NCBI RefSeq assembly: GCF_006345805.1
Contig: NC_042997.1
Span: 174,344,001-174,408,000, forward strand
Origin: Octopus sinensis
Taxonomy: Eukaryota
Direction of reading: 5' to 3'
Length of the DNA stretch: 64,000 nucleotides
Below, piece by piece: positions 1-11,347 of the stretch (positions within the stretch are counted from its first letter, which is position 1; each line of letters begins with the position of its first letter). A program made the translations under genes and the position numbers. A model generated the notes under the pieces. That model searched no databases and was not told the origin of the DNA. It saw only the letters and a program-made list of their open reading frames with translations.

Positions 1-2914
1 TCAGTTTTCCTTCCTTCTGAAGTAGATATTTTTGCAGTCCTATGGTGGTTATTTTATAGTAGTTTTCCAGCTGTATAAGGCCTCTACCACCTTCTATACG
101 TTGTATATATAGTCTTTCTATGTCAGATTTTGGGTGATGCATCCTAGATCCTGTCATTATTTTTCTTGTTTTCCTATCTATTTTGGTCAGTTCATTTCGT
201 GTCCAGTTAAGGATATTGTAGCTGTAACTTATAACTGGGACAGCTAAAGTGTTGATACCTATTATCTTGTTTTTAGCATTGAGCTCTGTGTTTAGTATTG
301 ATCTAACTCGTCTATAATATTCTTTTTTCATTTTCTCTTTCATTTGTGTGTGTTGTGTCTTATCTTGTTCATGGATTCCTAAGTATTTGTAAGTTTGGCT
401 TTGGTCTAATTCTTTCATTTCATTGGTTTTATCTAGTGTGATGTTGTTACTCTTAACTAGTTTTCCTCTTTTCAGGGTTACTTTGGCGCATTTTTCTAAT
501 CCAAATTTCATATCTATTTCTTTGGTAAATCCATGAACTGTCTTTAATAGTGTTTCCAGCTGTTTGTCATTTGCAGCGTATAGTTTTAGGTCATCCATAT
601 ATATAAAAGGTGGCTGATCGTTTTGCCGTAACATTTATATCCGCATCCAGTTCTATTTAGCATATCAGATAGAGGTGACAGTGCCAAGCAAAAAAGGAGT
701 GGAGAGAGCGTGTCTCCCTGGAATATTCCTCTTCTAATGGGGATGTCTTTGGTTTTCATGAGTCCCTCTTTTGTTTGGAGGTGTAGGACTGTTTGCCATT
801 TATTCATAGAGTGCTCTATGAATTTTATGATTGTTGGTGCTACTTTGTTAATGGCTAGTGTTTCGAGGATCCATGTGTGGGGGATGCTATCAAACGCCTT
901 TTTGTAGTCAATCCAGGCCATACTGAGGCCTTTCTTTCTGTGGCTGTCTTCAGTTATGGCTTTATTAATCATTAGTTGATCTTTACGGCCTTATGAGCCT
1001 TTGCGGCATCCTTTCTGCTCTTCTGGGAACAGTTTGTTTTCGTCCAGGTGCTTGTTCAGCCTTTGTGATATCACTGCAGTAAATGCCTTGAACATAGTAG
1101 GGAGGCAGGTTATTGGTCTGTAGTTTTCTGGTTTTTCTGTTTCATTTGATTTGGGAATTAAGATGGTTTTCCCCTTCGTGAGCCATTCAGGCATTGTCTC
1201 TGGCTCTGCTAGTACGTTGTTAAAGTTTTCAGCCAGCTTTTTGTGCATTCCTGTTAGATATTTCAACCAGAAGTTGGGGATCTTGTCATGCCCAGGTGCC
1301 TTCCAGTTGCTTAGTCTTTGCAGTGCCTGGGTGACCTCTTCAGTTGTTATGGGGGTCCAAAGTTGTTCAGATGCCGAGTTTGTTATTCTGATACTCCTTT
1401 TTTTTTGGTGGTTCGTTCGCCGACCATATTTCTCCCCAGAATTCTTCCAATTCTTCTGCCGTTGGTGCTGCAGTGACTTCTATTTTATGTTTTCCCAGTT
1501 CTTGGTAGAACTTTTTGGGGTTGGAGTTGAACTTTTTGTTTTCTTCAAAGAAGCGTTGGCGTTTCTTGTACCGGCGGATCCTTTGTGCTTTGGCAAGGAT
1601 ATCTTGCTTCAGCTTTTCTTTTATTTCAGGCAAATCTTTCTCTGTGATGTTATATTTTCGGAGTATTTTTGTTCTCTTTTTGTTGCTCAGTAGCGTTGAT
1701 TGTTTGCTGATTTCATTAAGAATCGACAGGTCTTTTCTATTTATTTTTATTTTGCTTTGGATGTTATTTATCCACAGGGTTTGTTTGGGTGGTGGTACTC
1801 CTGTTTGGGCGGGTTTGGGTGAGTATCCAGCTTCTTTTGTGGCTGCAGTGGCTGCTGCGTATATTAGGTTATTTAGCTCAGTGATATCACTTTTTTTTTA
1901 TTCAGTGGCTATCAGTTCAGTGACGGCTAGGTTTATGCTGTTTATAATAGGTGTTGTTATTTTGTTTATTTTGATTCTTGGGAGGTATGGTCGGTAGTCC
2001 ATTTTGAGTTCTGTGGTTTTCAGTTCTTTGATTATTTTATTTTTTATATTATCATAATCATTAGGCTCCCCTTCGTTGTTTACATCGTGTTTGTTGGGAA
2101 TGTTGCGTTTGTCTTCGTGTTTTACAGTTTCAGTGTTTATATTATTGGGCATTGTTGTGTGGCTTCTATCTACATTTTCCTGGCGTATGTTTCCTTTTAG
2201 GTGTTCTACTTCTATTTCTGATATTTTTTTTGTGTTGAGAATGTATCTTCGTACGTTAGCTAATTTATTAGGGTTCATTGCTGTATCCAAGTCTATATCT
2301 CTATTATTTTCCTTCCATATTTTATATGTATGTGTTGTTGTATTTTCATTTTTTGGGTAGAGTACTGCTGTGAAGTATGCGTGTAAGATAGAAATGTATT
2401 CCTCCCGTGTCCATTTACGTCTTTTGGGTTTTATTTGTGGGACATGAGGTACAACGTCCGGCCCATTATTTTGACGGTCGTCATTTTCGTAGGGTACCGG
2501 TCCGTTTATTTCTGCCGTCACATTATTTCGCACGTGTAGTTTTTCGTACATTTTTTGTTGTAAGTTTAATGTACGCACCGCTCGATTGTTATTCTTGGGT
2601 TGAATAGTATCGGTGGCATTTAATTTCTTCGTAGTTCCTTTGTACATGGTGTTTGGGGTCGGAGATGATCGTGATGTTCCACGCATGTTTACATGTGTTG
2701 CGTTAGAGGCGGAGATGATATCGAGTCAAAATACATCATTTCGTTTCGAAAATAGTAATAAATTTCAATTAGTATTACTTACTCGGATACAGTCCAATTC
2801 TTTGTTAGTAAAACTTTGGCTCCATAGGATGTCCTTGTTTTCGATGTTTGTGGATAGATTTCGGAGCTCTGAATTTTCCTTCTTACATCTTAAACGTCCC
2901 CGGTGTTCTTCCTC
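1..2914 (-). mobile_element. R4/Dong-clade non-LTR retrotransposon copy 1. Decayed, 5' end probably present, 3' part runs off the window
   Basis: Minus-strand fragments give an N-terminal KRRKWTREE motif, NWKAPGHD, NYRPITCL, WIDYKKAFDS, RGIFQGDTLSP and Y/MDDLKLY. There is a 2-nt TA slip in the YMDD codons and a stop at GS*. Positions 1-600 stay open as thumb region (HHPKSDIERLY..GGRGL). The 5' end abuts a (TAA)n tract at 2915. Confidence 0.9.
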
Positions 2915-2947
<33 letters not shown>

Positions 2948-3105
2948 TATTATTATTATTATTATCATTATTACTATTGTTGTTGTTGTTGTTGTTGTTA
3001 TTGTTATTGTTATTGTTGTTGATGTTGTTCTTGTTCTTGTTCTAGTTGGTGTTGTTGTTATTGTTGTTCTTGTCGTCGCATTTGTTGTTGTTGTCATCAT
3101 TAAGG
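2915..3105. repeat. (TAT)n grading into (TGT/GTT)n compound microsatellite
   Basis: Direct reading. Confidence 0.95.
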
Positions 3106-3107
3106 CT

Positions 3108-3297
3108 GTGAGCTGGCAGAATCGTTAGAACATTGGGCAAAATGCTTTGTGGCATTTCGTCCGTGTTAACGTTCTGAGTTCAAATTCCGCCGAGCTCTAA
3201 TCGCCTTTCAACTGGCTGAGAGCTGGGGTCGATGTAATCGACTAGCCCCCTCCACCATAATTTCAGGCTTTGAGCCTATAGTAGAAGGGATTATTAT
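3108..3297 (+). mobile_element. SINE family C (Nin/Deu-core-like), internally deleted, ATT tail
   Basis: Head gagctggcagaa..gttctgagttcaaattccgcc and 3' part ggggtcgatgtaatcgact..gtagaagggattattatt match other copies in the window. Confidence 0.75.
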
Positions 3298-5743
3298 TTT
3301 TTTTTCTTCTTCTTTCAAATTTGCCTCCATTTCTTGCCGAGTGTCTTCCCGACTCCTAGGGCAAAGAAACTCATAGTATACATTGGTAGGCCATTAAACC
3401 AAACTCAATTGTTCGTTAATTTTTTTTTTTTAAGTTAAATTAAAATACATGAGCAGCAACAATTCTCACATCGACAATGCTCTTCTCAATACGTGTGATG
3501 TACCAGTTAAGACAATCTTTTGCACTTCTTGCAGGGATGGTAAGCCGGGGATCATTCTCATATAATTTTCGGTTCCCGTCTTGATCATTCCTAGTGCTCC
3601 TACGATCACTGGTATTGTAACCGCCTTGAGATGCCACATTTTCTCAATTTCAATGAGTAGGTCTTTATATTTTCTGAGCTTGTCAAACTCTTTCGCTGAG
3701 ATATTATGATCACAGGGGATGCTCATGTCGATCAATAAGCAAACTTTATTGTTTTGGTCTTTCACAACAATATCTGGTTTATTGGCCTTGATAGTTCGGT
3801 CTGTATGTCCTGGAAAGTCCCACAGAATGGTTACATTTTCTCCTTCAGTTACAGACTCAGGGTGGTGATTATACCACTTGTCGGCAGTTTTGATATTGTA
3901 ATGCCAACTTATTAGCCAGTGTAGATATTGGCCAACTCTGTCATCTCTGTATTTATACTCCACTGGTGCTAAGACTTTACATCCAGAGATTAGGTGGTCC
4001 ACTGTTTCAATCATGTCGTTGCAGAATCGGCATTTTGGGTCTGCTCCATTTTTCATCACATTGGCCTGGTAGTTCCGGGTTAATAGGCTTTGATCTTGAG
4101 CAGCCAGGATGAAACCTTCGCTCTCTGCTTTTAGCCCTGAGCTCCGTAGCCACTGATGGGTTTGCTTCTGGTCAACATCAGCTTGTTTGCTGCGGGCCAC
4201 ATATTTGCCGTGCAGAGGTTTCTCCTCCCACCTATCAGCCAATTGCTCGTGCGCTTTTTTTGTTGCCATTATTTTTACCTTCTTTGCAACAATAGTTGCC
4301 GTACTTCCCTCGGGTTGTTCAGTTTGCGTATCCTGCACGAGATCAATAGCAAATTTTTTGCTTTCCTTTATGATAGAATGAAGCTTCTTTCGTCTCTCGT
4401 GATTTTCCACGAGCTTTAGCATCCAGTCATTCGTTATTTCGAGATATTTGGCCAGTCCAATTGTGGTTGTTTTGTAGGTTAGTTCAAATTGGATCAGGCC
4501 TCGACCTCCTTGGGGTCTGGGAAGGTAAAGGCGATCTACGTCTGCCTTTGGGTGGTGCATCCTATTACAACTCAGCAGCTTGCGTATTTTCCTATCTATA
4601 CTCTTTACTTCACTCATATTCCAGTTCAACACATTGTAGCTATAAGTAACAACTGGAACTGCTAAGGAATTTATAGCTAACACCTTGTTACGTGCATTTA
4701 GTTCAGATTTCAGGACTGCACGAACTCTCCTATAACATTTCTTCCTGATCTTCTCTTTCATGCTTGCATGCTGAATACCAGAGCCTTCATTTATCCCTAA
4801 ATATTTGTATGTTTGTTCTTGCTCAAGCTCTCTTATGACTGTATCAACATCTAACACGACTGAATTTGTGGTCTTCACTTTCTCTTTCTGGAAAGTGGCC
4901 TTGGCATACTTCTCAAGTCCAAACTCCATCTCGATGTCATCGCTGAATGCTTTCACAGTGCGCAATAGGCCTTCAAGTTCATTATTGTCTTTACCATAAA
5001 GTTTTAAGTCATCCATATAAAATAGATGGCTTATTTTTTTATTGGCAATTTTATACCCATAACCTGTTCTGTTTAATTCACTTGTAAGGGGTATTAGGGC
5101 TATGCAGAATATTAAAGGTGAAAGTGAGTCACCTTGAAAAATTCCACTGTTGATGTTTATATTTTCTGAGGCAAGTACTCCATTAGAGTGGTATAATTGG
5201 AGATTCGTATTCCACAACGACATATTGTGCTTCAGGAAGTTTGAAATCACAGGGGAAATTTTGAAGATGTCCAGCGATCTCAAGATCCATGGATGCGGTA
5301 TACTGTCGAAGGCCTTTTTATAGTCAATCCATGCGGAGCTGAGATTTCTGCGCTTGTTGTGACAGTTCTCAAGGATCATACGATTAATTAGCAGTTGATC
5401 TTTGCATCCGTAAGAGCCTCGGCGGCACCCTTTTCGTTCAATGGGGAAAATATCGTTCTTCTCCATGAATGCATATGTTTTCTCCACCAGGATAGATGTT
5501 AGGATTTTATACGTGGTGGATAGACAGGTTATAGGCCGATAGTTTTTTGGAAGGTTGGTTTCGTTATTCTTTGGGAGTAGCTAACCATTCAGGTGTTTTC
5601 TTTGGGTCTCTCATTATTCCATTGAGCAGCTGAACTAGCTTACCGTGTGCGCATGGGAGCGATGCGAGCCAGAAATTCGGCACCCTATCTTTACCGGGGG
5701 ATTTCCAATTATGGGCTTTCGTGAGTGCCTTTCTTAGGTCTGC

Positions 5744-5747
<4 letters not shown>
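3298..5747 (-). mobile_element. R4/Dong-clade retrotransposon copy 2 (a different subfamily), 5'-truncated, with 3' UTR and A-tail
   Basis: Coding sequence starts abruptly at KADLRKAL..NWKSPGKD directly after (TAA)n. After the stop at 3466 come about 165 nt of UTR ending gaagaagaaaaaaaaa-taataat. Confidence 0.9.
3466..5487 (-). CDS. RT + CCHC zinc finger + PD-(D/E)xK restriction-like endonuclease of copy 2 (N-terminally truncated)
   Basis: 673-aa ORF with WIDYKKAFDS, GIFQGDSLSP, FYMDDLKLY, CRFC..ETVDHLISGC and KPDIVV..LIDMSIP..KYKDL. The frame stays open upstream to about 5580 (LPKNYRPITCL). Confidence 0.9.
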   Translation of the reverse strand: MEKTYAFMEKNDIFPIERKGCRRGSYGCKDQLLINRMILENCHNKRRNLSSAWIDYKKAFDSIPHPWILRSLDIFKISPVISNFLKHNMSLWNTNLQLYHSNGVLASENININSGIFQGDSLSPLIFCIALIPLTSELNRTGYGYKIANKKISHLFYMDDLKLYGKDNNELEGLLRTVKAFSDDIEMEFGLEKYAKATFQKEKVKTTNSVVLDVDTVIRELEQEQTYKYLGINEGSGIQHASMKEKIRKKCYRRVRAVLKSELNARNKVLAINSLAVPVVTYSYNVLNWNMSEVKSIDRKIRKLLSCNRMHHPKADVDRLYLPRPQGGRGLIQFELTYKTTTIGLAKYLEITNDWMLKLVENHERRKKLHSIIKESKKFAIDLVQDTQTEQPEGSTATIVAKKVKIMATKKAHEQLADRWEEKPLHGKYVARSKQADVDQKQTHQWLRSSGLKAESEGFILAAQDQSLLTRNYQANVMKNGADPKCRFCNDMIETVDHLISGCKVLAPVEYKYRDDRVGQYLHWLISWHYNIKTADKWYNHHPESVTEGENVTILWDFPGHTDRTIKANKPDIVVKDQNNKVCLLIDMSIPCDHNISAKEFDKLRKYKDLLIEIEKMWHLKAVTIPVIVGALGMIKTGTENYMRMIPGLPSLQEVQKIVLTGTSHVLRRALSM

Positions 5748-5812
<65 letters not shown>
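5745..5812. repeat. (ATT)n microsatellite, about 22 units
   Basis: Direct reading. Confidence 0.95.
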
Positions 5813-5813
<1 letters not shown>

Positions 5814-5989
5814 GAGTGAGAGAGCAGTGCAAGCCATCAAAGTAACACTGGAGTACAAATATCCATTGCTTCCTTGACGGTGAACAGGTGTAGTAGCCGT
5901 TCGCCAAACACGTATTTCTGCAACTAGTTTCTTTAATGGAGATGCAATCCTGGGTAAAACAGAGACCGAGGGGAAGCATTTGGAAGTGG

Positions 5990-6690
5990 AGTATTTTCAA
6001 GCTCTCACAACCCTCAGCCAATCGGACAGTGCGATAGGTGGAACGTCCGCTTTAGTTTTTTTTTTATATAGAAGATTAGTGGTGGAAAAGTGCGACGACG
6101 TTCTTGGGAAGAGCTTGGATGTTGAAGAAGGTCAGCTAGTTGGTCTTTTCCGGAGAACTTTCGAGCCGTGAACGATGGATAATTTCAAAAAAACTCTGGC
6201 CTGGTAGTGCTACCGTGAGCTTTGCCTGTTCGAGATATACTTTACAAGCACGAAAGTGCCGTCAGCTGAACATGTCCGAGATGAGCGCTGGAAGACGAGA
6301 CGGTCCCTGTATGCACTCGTCCAGTAACCGAGCATTGCTGACCTGTGGATTTATGTCGAACACCGGCTGTCACGTATGGGACGGATCCAGCTGTCAACTG
6401 AATCTATCGTAAAGATCACCCCGCCTTCTTCTTTTAACCGAGAAGGAAAGGATGTTTTTATATGTTTGGTGGCCAAGAGGGAAGAGGTTGTATGGTGGAC
6501 GAGACTGAAAGAGCTGAAGATAAACACTTATCTCTTTGGATAATTCCTAATGAACTTCTTCAAGTATCACTTGGAAAGGAAAATAAGGGTAGAGAGGGAG
6601 GTATTGAGTTGTAGCTAGTATGCTGAAAGATGGATGAAAGTGGCGAGAATGGTGCGAGTGAACGGGCCTGCTCTGAGCATAAGCTTGTAG
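5990..6690 (+). mobile_element. L1/Tx1-clade LINE, decayed ORF2 3' end
   Basis: Frame-corrected reading gives LAW*CYRE.LPVRDILYKH..TCPRC..DETVLYALVQ*PSIADLWIYVE..LSTESIVKI..EEVVWWTRL..ERWMKVARMV*, typical of the Tx1 C-terminal zinc finger. Confidence 0.75.
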
Positions 6691-6778
6691 TGACACATTG
6701 TTTTTTGGGACTGGATAGCGACAGCATTCCTCCCTTTTCTGGGACTGCCTCATTAAGTTGGCAACAAACCATAACTTT

Positions 6779-6811
<33 letters not shown>

Positions 6812-6817
<6 letters not shown>

Positions 6818-7085
6818 ATTAATCCAAACATCAAGAAGAAAAAAACAAGAAAAACAACAACGCGAAGACGTAGTACATTCAAGTATTAATAGACGCTCAG
6901 GGAAGGGAAGATAGTTAGTTTTATGCTTCGAGCAAAGCTCTTCGTCAGAAACATGAGACAGAGTAAAGTCCAAGATAGAAGGAAGACGGAAGAAAAAATC
7001 ACCAACGATCCACATGTAGTTACATTTTGAAAATATATATATACATATAAAAGAAATTAGAATGACCAAGGAATAGACAATTATG
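6812..7085 (-). mobile_element. Non-coding pLTR-like unit (family H1) with a minimal hammerhead at 6918-6952
   Basis: Homologous and inverted relative to 7440-7650. It ends tggattaa + microsatellite. Minus strand reads gttt-CTGACGA-a-gagc-ttt-gctc-GAAG-cata-aaac. Confidence 0.6.
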
Positions 7086-7099
7086 TCATGCATTTCAAT

Positions 7100-7180
7100 A
7101 GCTTACAGCTGTTTCTGCAATAGGAAATAATGCACACATAGTTGAATGCCTTAGTATCATCCTATAGCTTCCTCGGAGCC
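7100..7180 (-). ncRNA. Type I hammerhead-like motif, variant core
   Basis: ggct-CCGAGGA-agctatagga..tcctattgca-GAAAC-agct-GTA-agct. Confidence 0.55.
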
Positions 7181-7393
7181 TCACATATATAGTGCAATTG
7201 CATCGTATAGCAGAAACAGGTGTAAGATAATGAAGTTCATAATATAATTATTTATTCCTTTGTCATTCTAACTTATTATTACCACTCTGTACTCGACTGG
7301 CGCTACATTATTAGTATTACTATTCCTATGTATATGTATATAAATATAGATATATATGTGTTTGTGTTTGTGTGTGTATGTATATATGTATGT

Positions 7394-7434
<41 letters not shown>

Positions 7435-7439
7435 ACCTC

Positions 7440-7650
7440 GTGAGTACCGCTGGCGATTTTTTTCATCTGTCTTCCCTTCTCTGGATCTTTCCTTCTCCTA
7501 TGTTTCCGACGAAGAGCTCCGCTCGAAACGTTAAACCCTCCTTCTACCCTTCTTTCCTGAGCGTCCAATAATACTTTATTTGTTCCACGTCCTCGCGTTG
7601 TTGTGTTTTTTTTTTTTTTTTTTGTGTTTTCTTGTTTGGATTAACTTTAT
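7440..7650 (+). mobile_element. pLTR-like unit (family H1) with a minimal hammerhead at 7502-7536
   Basis: gttt-CCGACGA-a-gagc-tcc-gctc-GAAAC-GTT-aaac, flanked by (TA)n and (CA)n. Confidence 0.6.
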
Positions 7651-7719
<69 letters not shown>

Positions 7720-8263
7720 CATAGGTACATAGCGAGAAAACTCATACATATATACATACATACATAACGTACGGACGTATCTATGTGCGTGTGTCTGTAT
7801 GTCTTCCGCGTCTTCTAATCTTCTTGTCGCCTCTCCTTTTCTGTCCTTCCAACCAATCAAACAACCTTAGTGACTAATGGTTCGACTCTTAATACGAATA
7901 TAATCGTATTATATCAGATTTTTATTTTCGGTTTTAAATAAAGGTAAAGCAGAAAACTAAATCAACGCCAAAGTAAGCAATTAAAAAAAAACAATGCAAA
8001 CACAGATTGGAAAATAAAACTAAGAAAAAGATTGTAATGCTAGTAAGCATTATACCTAAAAAAAATGTAAGAAAACAATCCGAAAGTGGGAAAAAAACAG
8101 GGAAAAAATTCGAAGGTAAAGAAAAAGAAACGAAATGGAGAAGGTTTTGATTGTTTCAACTAATTACATTCTTACTATCTCCGTGATTAAATTGATTGGA
8201 AAATCTGAGACTGTTAGCAAACTGATTAATTTCATTAAAGAAACTAAATAATAAAAGTTTCTT

Positions 8264-8264
8264 T

Positions 8265-8329
<65 letters not shown>

Positions 8330-8560
8330 AGGAAAGCGATAGAGAGAGAGAAAACGAGAGAGAGTGTGTGTGTGTGTGTTCGTATGTGTGTGTATATGTG
8401 TATGTATGCTTTTATATATGTATGCATGTATATATGTATGTAAGTATCCATGTATGTGTCCATATATACAAATATATATATGTATGTATGTAACTATGCA
8501 TGTATATGTGTCATGTATATATATACCTACATGTATATGTGCATATATGCATATATATGT
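8264..8560. repeat. (GA)n then (TG/TA)n compound microsatellite
   Basis: Direct reading. Confidence 0.9.
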
Positions 8561-8990
8561 GCATATATGTGTGTGTAAACAGTGACCGAGAAGGAGGGAC
8601 AGAGAGTACTTAAATAAGCTGTTACTAAAGAAACCAAGAATACCAGTCCGTCTACCCAATATGCAAATAAATTAAGCTTTATAGAAGTATCGAAGCCTTT
8701 TATTAGCAAATGTTTATTTTGATAACAATATAATTTACCAATTAACAATAACATTAATATATACTTTGTTTTTAAATTCTTTTACGTTTGGGCAATTAAC
8801 TTTCTTCCTGAAAGTACGTGGTTGCGTGTTCGATCCTATTGCGATTACACAGCTTCTCTGTGTAGAAGTGGTAGGTAATAACTACTCATGATTATATGCG
8901 GTGGCTAAGCGCTTTGCCCTCTTGCGCCTTTGTGAGGTGCTATCCCTCCATCTATCTGTCTTTGTGGATACATGGGGCATAGGATCATTA

Positions 8991-9423
8991 ACAATTGGGA
9001 TCTTTTCGGTTTGAACGGTAGTTTTTTCTAGCGGTGTCATATGAAATTGTCACCCATAATTATGACCCTAGTATCGATCTATTGCATTTCAATCTGTTAG
9101 TTAGGGTTAGGGTTAGGGGTGGGGAGAAGGGTATCTTTTTTCTTCAGAAATCTAAATAAACCCAATCTGTTTCTTAAACGAAGGACATATTCATACAGCA
9201 CAGAATGTTTTCACATCAATAGACGTCATTGATTGGTTGAAATTGCAGAAATTGAAGAAAAAAAACAACAAATATCTTACAAACTATAGAATCTTTTCAA
9301 TAAAGCCAAGAGAAAAAGATGTTTTATAAACACATTCTACCAGTATACGATGTTTAAAAGTGTTTAGTTAGGTGAAATTATTTTTAAAAACTGCCGTTCA
9401 AACCGAAAAGATCCAACAATTGT
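8991..9423. mobile_element. MITE with ~35-bp terminal inverted repeats (TIRs)
   Basis: gatcttttcggtttgaacgg at 8999-9018 and its reverse complement at about 9395-9414. Internal ttagggttagggttaggg near 9100-9118. Confidence 0.75.
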
Positions 9424-9479
9424 ACAGTGAACAACGGCAACGATAAAAACAGCAGCAGCAACAACATGAATAGAAAGTG

Positions 9480-11000
9480 CAAGGAAGAATTACTCAGGCT
9501 CGGTTGCTGGAACGCAGATTCGATGACGGCTGGCTTGTTAAACAGCTTTCAGACTAGCATCTGTATTTAGAAGCAATGCTCTCTCCCGCTATTGAGAAAT
9601 ATGCTGCTCTCCAATAGACCTACTTGCCGGATCCTAGAATTGTCAGAGAAGCAGACTACTCATTTCTTTGACAAGTAGAAAGGGAAAATGAAGCTCGTGA
9701 ACACAGTGTCCTGTTTGCTGTCAGAAACACATGTTTCCAAACTGATACCTCAGTTCAGAACTCGTGTGTGGAGGCGAGTGGCTAAGTGGTTAGGATGTTG
9801 AACTCATGATCGTAAAGTTGTGGTTTTGATTCCTGGACCGGGAGAGGCGTTGTGTTCTTGAGCAAAACACTTCATTTCACGTTGCTCCAGTCTACTCAGC
9901 GGGCAAAAATGAGTAATCCTGTGACGAATCGGCGTCCCGTCCAGGTGGGGAATTTCTACGCCACTGAAACCGGGAAACCGGCACTTATGAGCCTGGCATG
10001 GCTCGAGAAGGAACATTTTTTTTCAGAACTCGTGCTTTCAGAGCGCCTGAATTTGTCCGATATATCTCTCAGTACTCTTTTACTTTTGTACCATTACACT
10101 CACGGCTGTTAAGAACATTAAAGCAAAACTTCTGCAGCAACTGGACATATTCATCAAACAGTTACCAGAAAGAATACCCATATGTAATAAAATTAGGTAA
10201 GTTTAAAACCAAATTCGACTGCAATAATGAAGCTTGGACCATTTGTTTGATTCACAACAGTTTTAGCAATGTTTTGGTGGTGGTTCAACACCTCTAAAAA
10301 TTATGTGTTCCTTTCACCGCTTATCTACTACTGGTATCTACTTTTGTACCAGGCCCACCATTGAGTAATTCCTTAGACAGCTTACAGTGGCATCAGTTAG
10401 ATCTTGTTATTGTCAAGTGACCTCACTTCAAGAACTTTTGTGATTAGGGCATACTAAAGTGCAGCTTTGGAGAGAGTATATTTGTTTATCTGTACTAAGA
10501 TCAAACCTCAACCAAAGAGGTTTCACAAAGCGTAGATAAAACAAGTTTGCAAATCCAGAAAAAAAGCTGCTAACTTTGACATATTGCTCTCGTCTACCCT
10601 TTGAAGAAACGCCAAAGCATCAAATGCAACACATATTAAAGACAAGCTCAAACCAGTTATTCATACAACTGCACTAAAGCTTTAGAGACGACATTAACAA
10701 TTGATATTCATCCAGTTCAGATTTTTCCTCATTTCAGTCAATTCTAATGTTCTTGAAGCCCACAAAGCCATGCCTTCTACAGGGAACTCCAAACACTAAA
10801 GACAAACAGAAGTAGCAAAGTTCTTGAAATGCTCGTTGTGTATAAAAATGGTTACTGGCTTAGCCTCAGTAACGCGATCCAACAAGCCACAGATGAAAGC
10901 AACATCAAGGAGAAGCAGTGAAATTTAAAGGGAGCTGTCAATACAAGCACTAAGATAAGTACAATGTCCAAATCTGGAACATTAAACGCAGACATATCTG
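9480..11000 (+). mobile_element. RTE-clade LINE 5' part (AP endonuclease), heavily decayed and interrupted by a SINE
   Basis: Motifs LRLGCWNA, E.REH.V.FAVRN, EAWTICL, QWHQLDLVIV, KIKPQPKRFHK, YWLSLSNAIQQATD. Confidence 0.7.
9767..10021 (+). mobile_element. tRNA-derived SINE family A (core 1, tail alpha) with a 13-bp target-site duplication (TSD)
   Basis: A box tggctaagtgg, B-box-like gttttgattcc, core cttgagcaaaacact. TSD ttcagaactcgtg at 9754-9766 and 10022-10034. Confidence 0.85.
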
Positions 11001-11077
11001 AAGTAATAGATGTGGAACATTACTTTGAACTTTATTCATGCTAGAATATTTCTAAAGTTAGTTCATTAAGAGAATAA

Positions 11078-11109
<32 letters not shown>

Positions 11110-11113
<4 letters not shown>

Positions 11114-11301
11114 TGGGAGAATTCACAAAAATCAAAAGACGAAGACAGGTGGTGTAGACAACAAACAGATGTATTAGTATAACGCTCGGGAAGTGAAAAA
11201 GTCTTTAACGTTTCGAGCCTACGCTCTTCCACAGAAAGGAACACAGAAAGAAACAAGGAGAGAAAATCAAGAATGTATAGTGGCTAGCGATCTATCATGG
11301 C

Positions 11302-11305
<4 letters not shown>
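11110..11305 (-). mobile_element. pLTR-like unit (family H2) with a hammerhead-like motif at 11203-11238
   Basis: cttt-CTGTGGA-a-gagc-gtag-gctc-GAAAC-GTT-aaag. Homologous to 34858-35050 and flanked by (TA)n. Confidence 0.6.

Positions 11306-11347
<42 letters not shown>

Noticed and set aside
2613-3128. ORFs with poly-Y/I/V/L runs, and the many YI/HT/CV-rich ORFs across the window
   Set aside because: They are translations of microsatellites or antisense to retrotransposon ORFs
9767-9850. tRNA-like sequences at SINE heads
   Set aside because: They have A/B boxes but run into SINE cores without a complete cloverleaf; not tRNA genes
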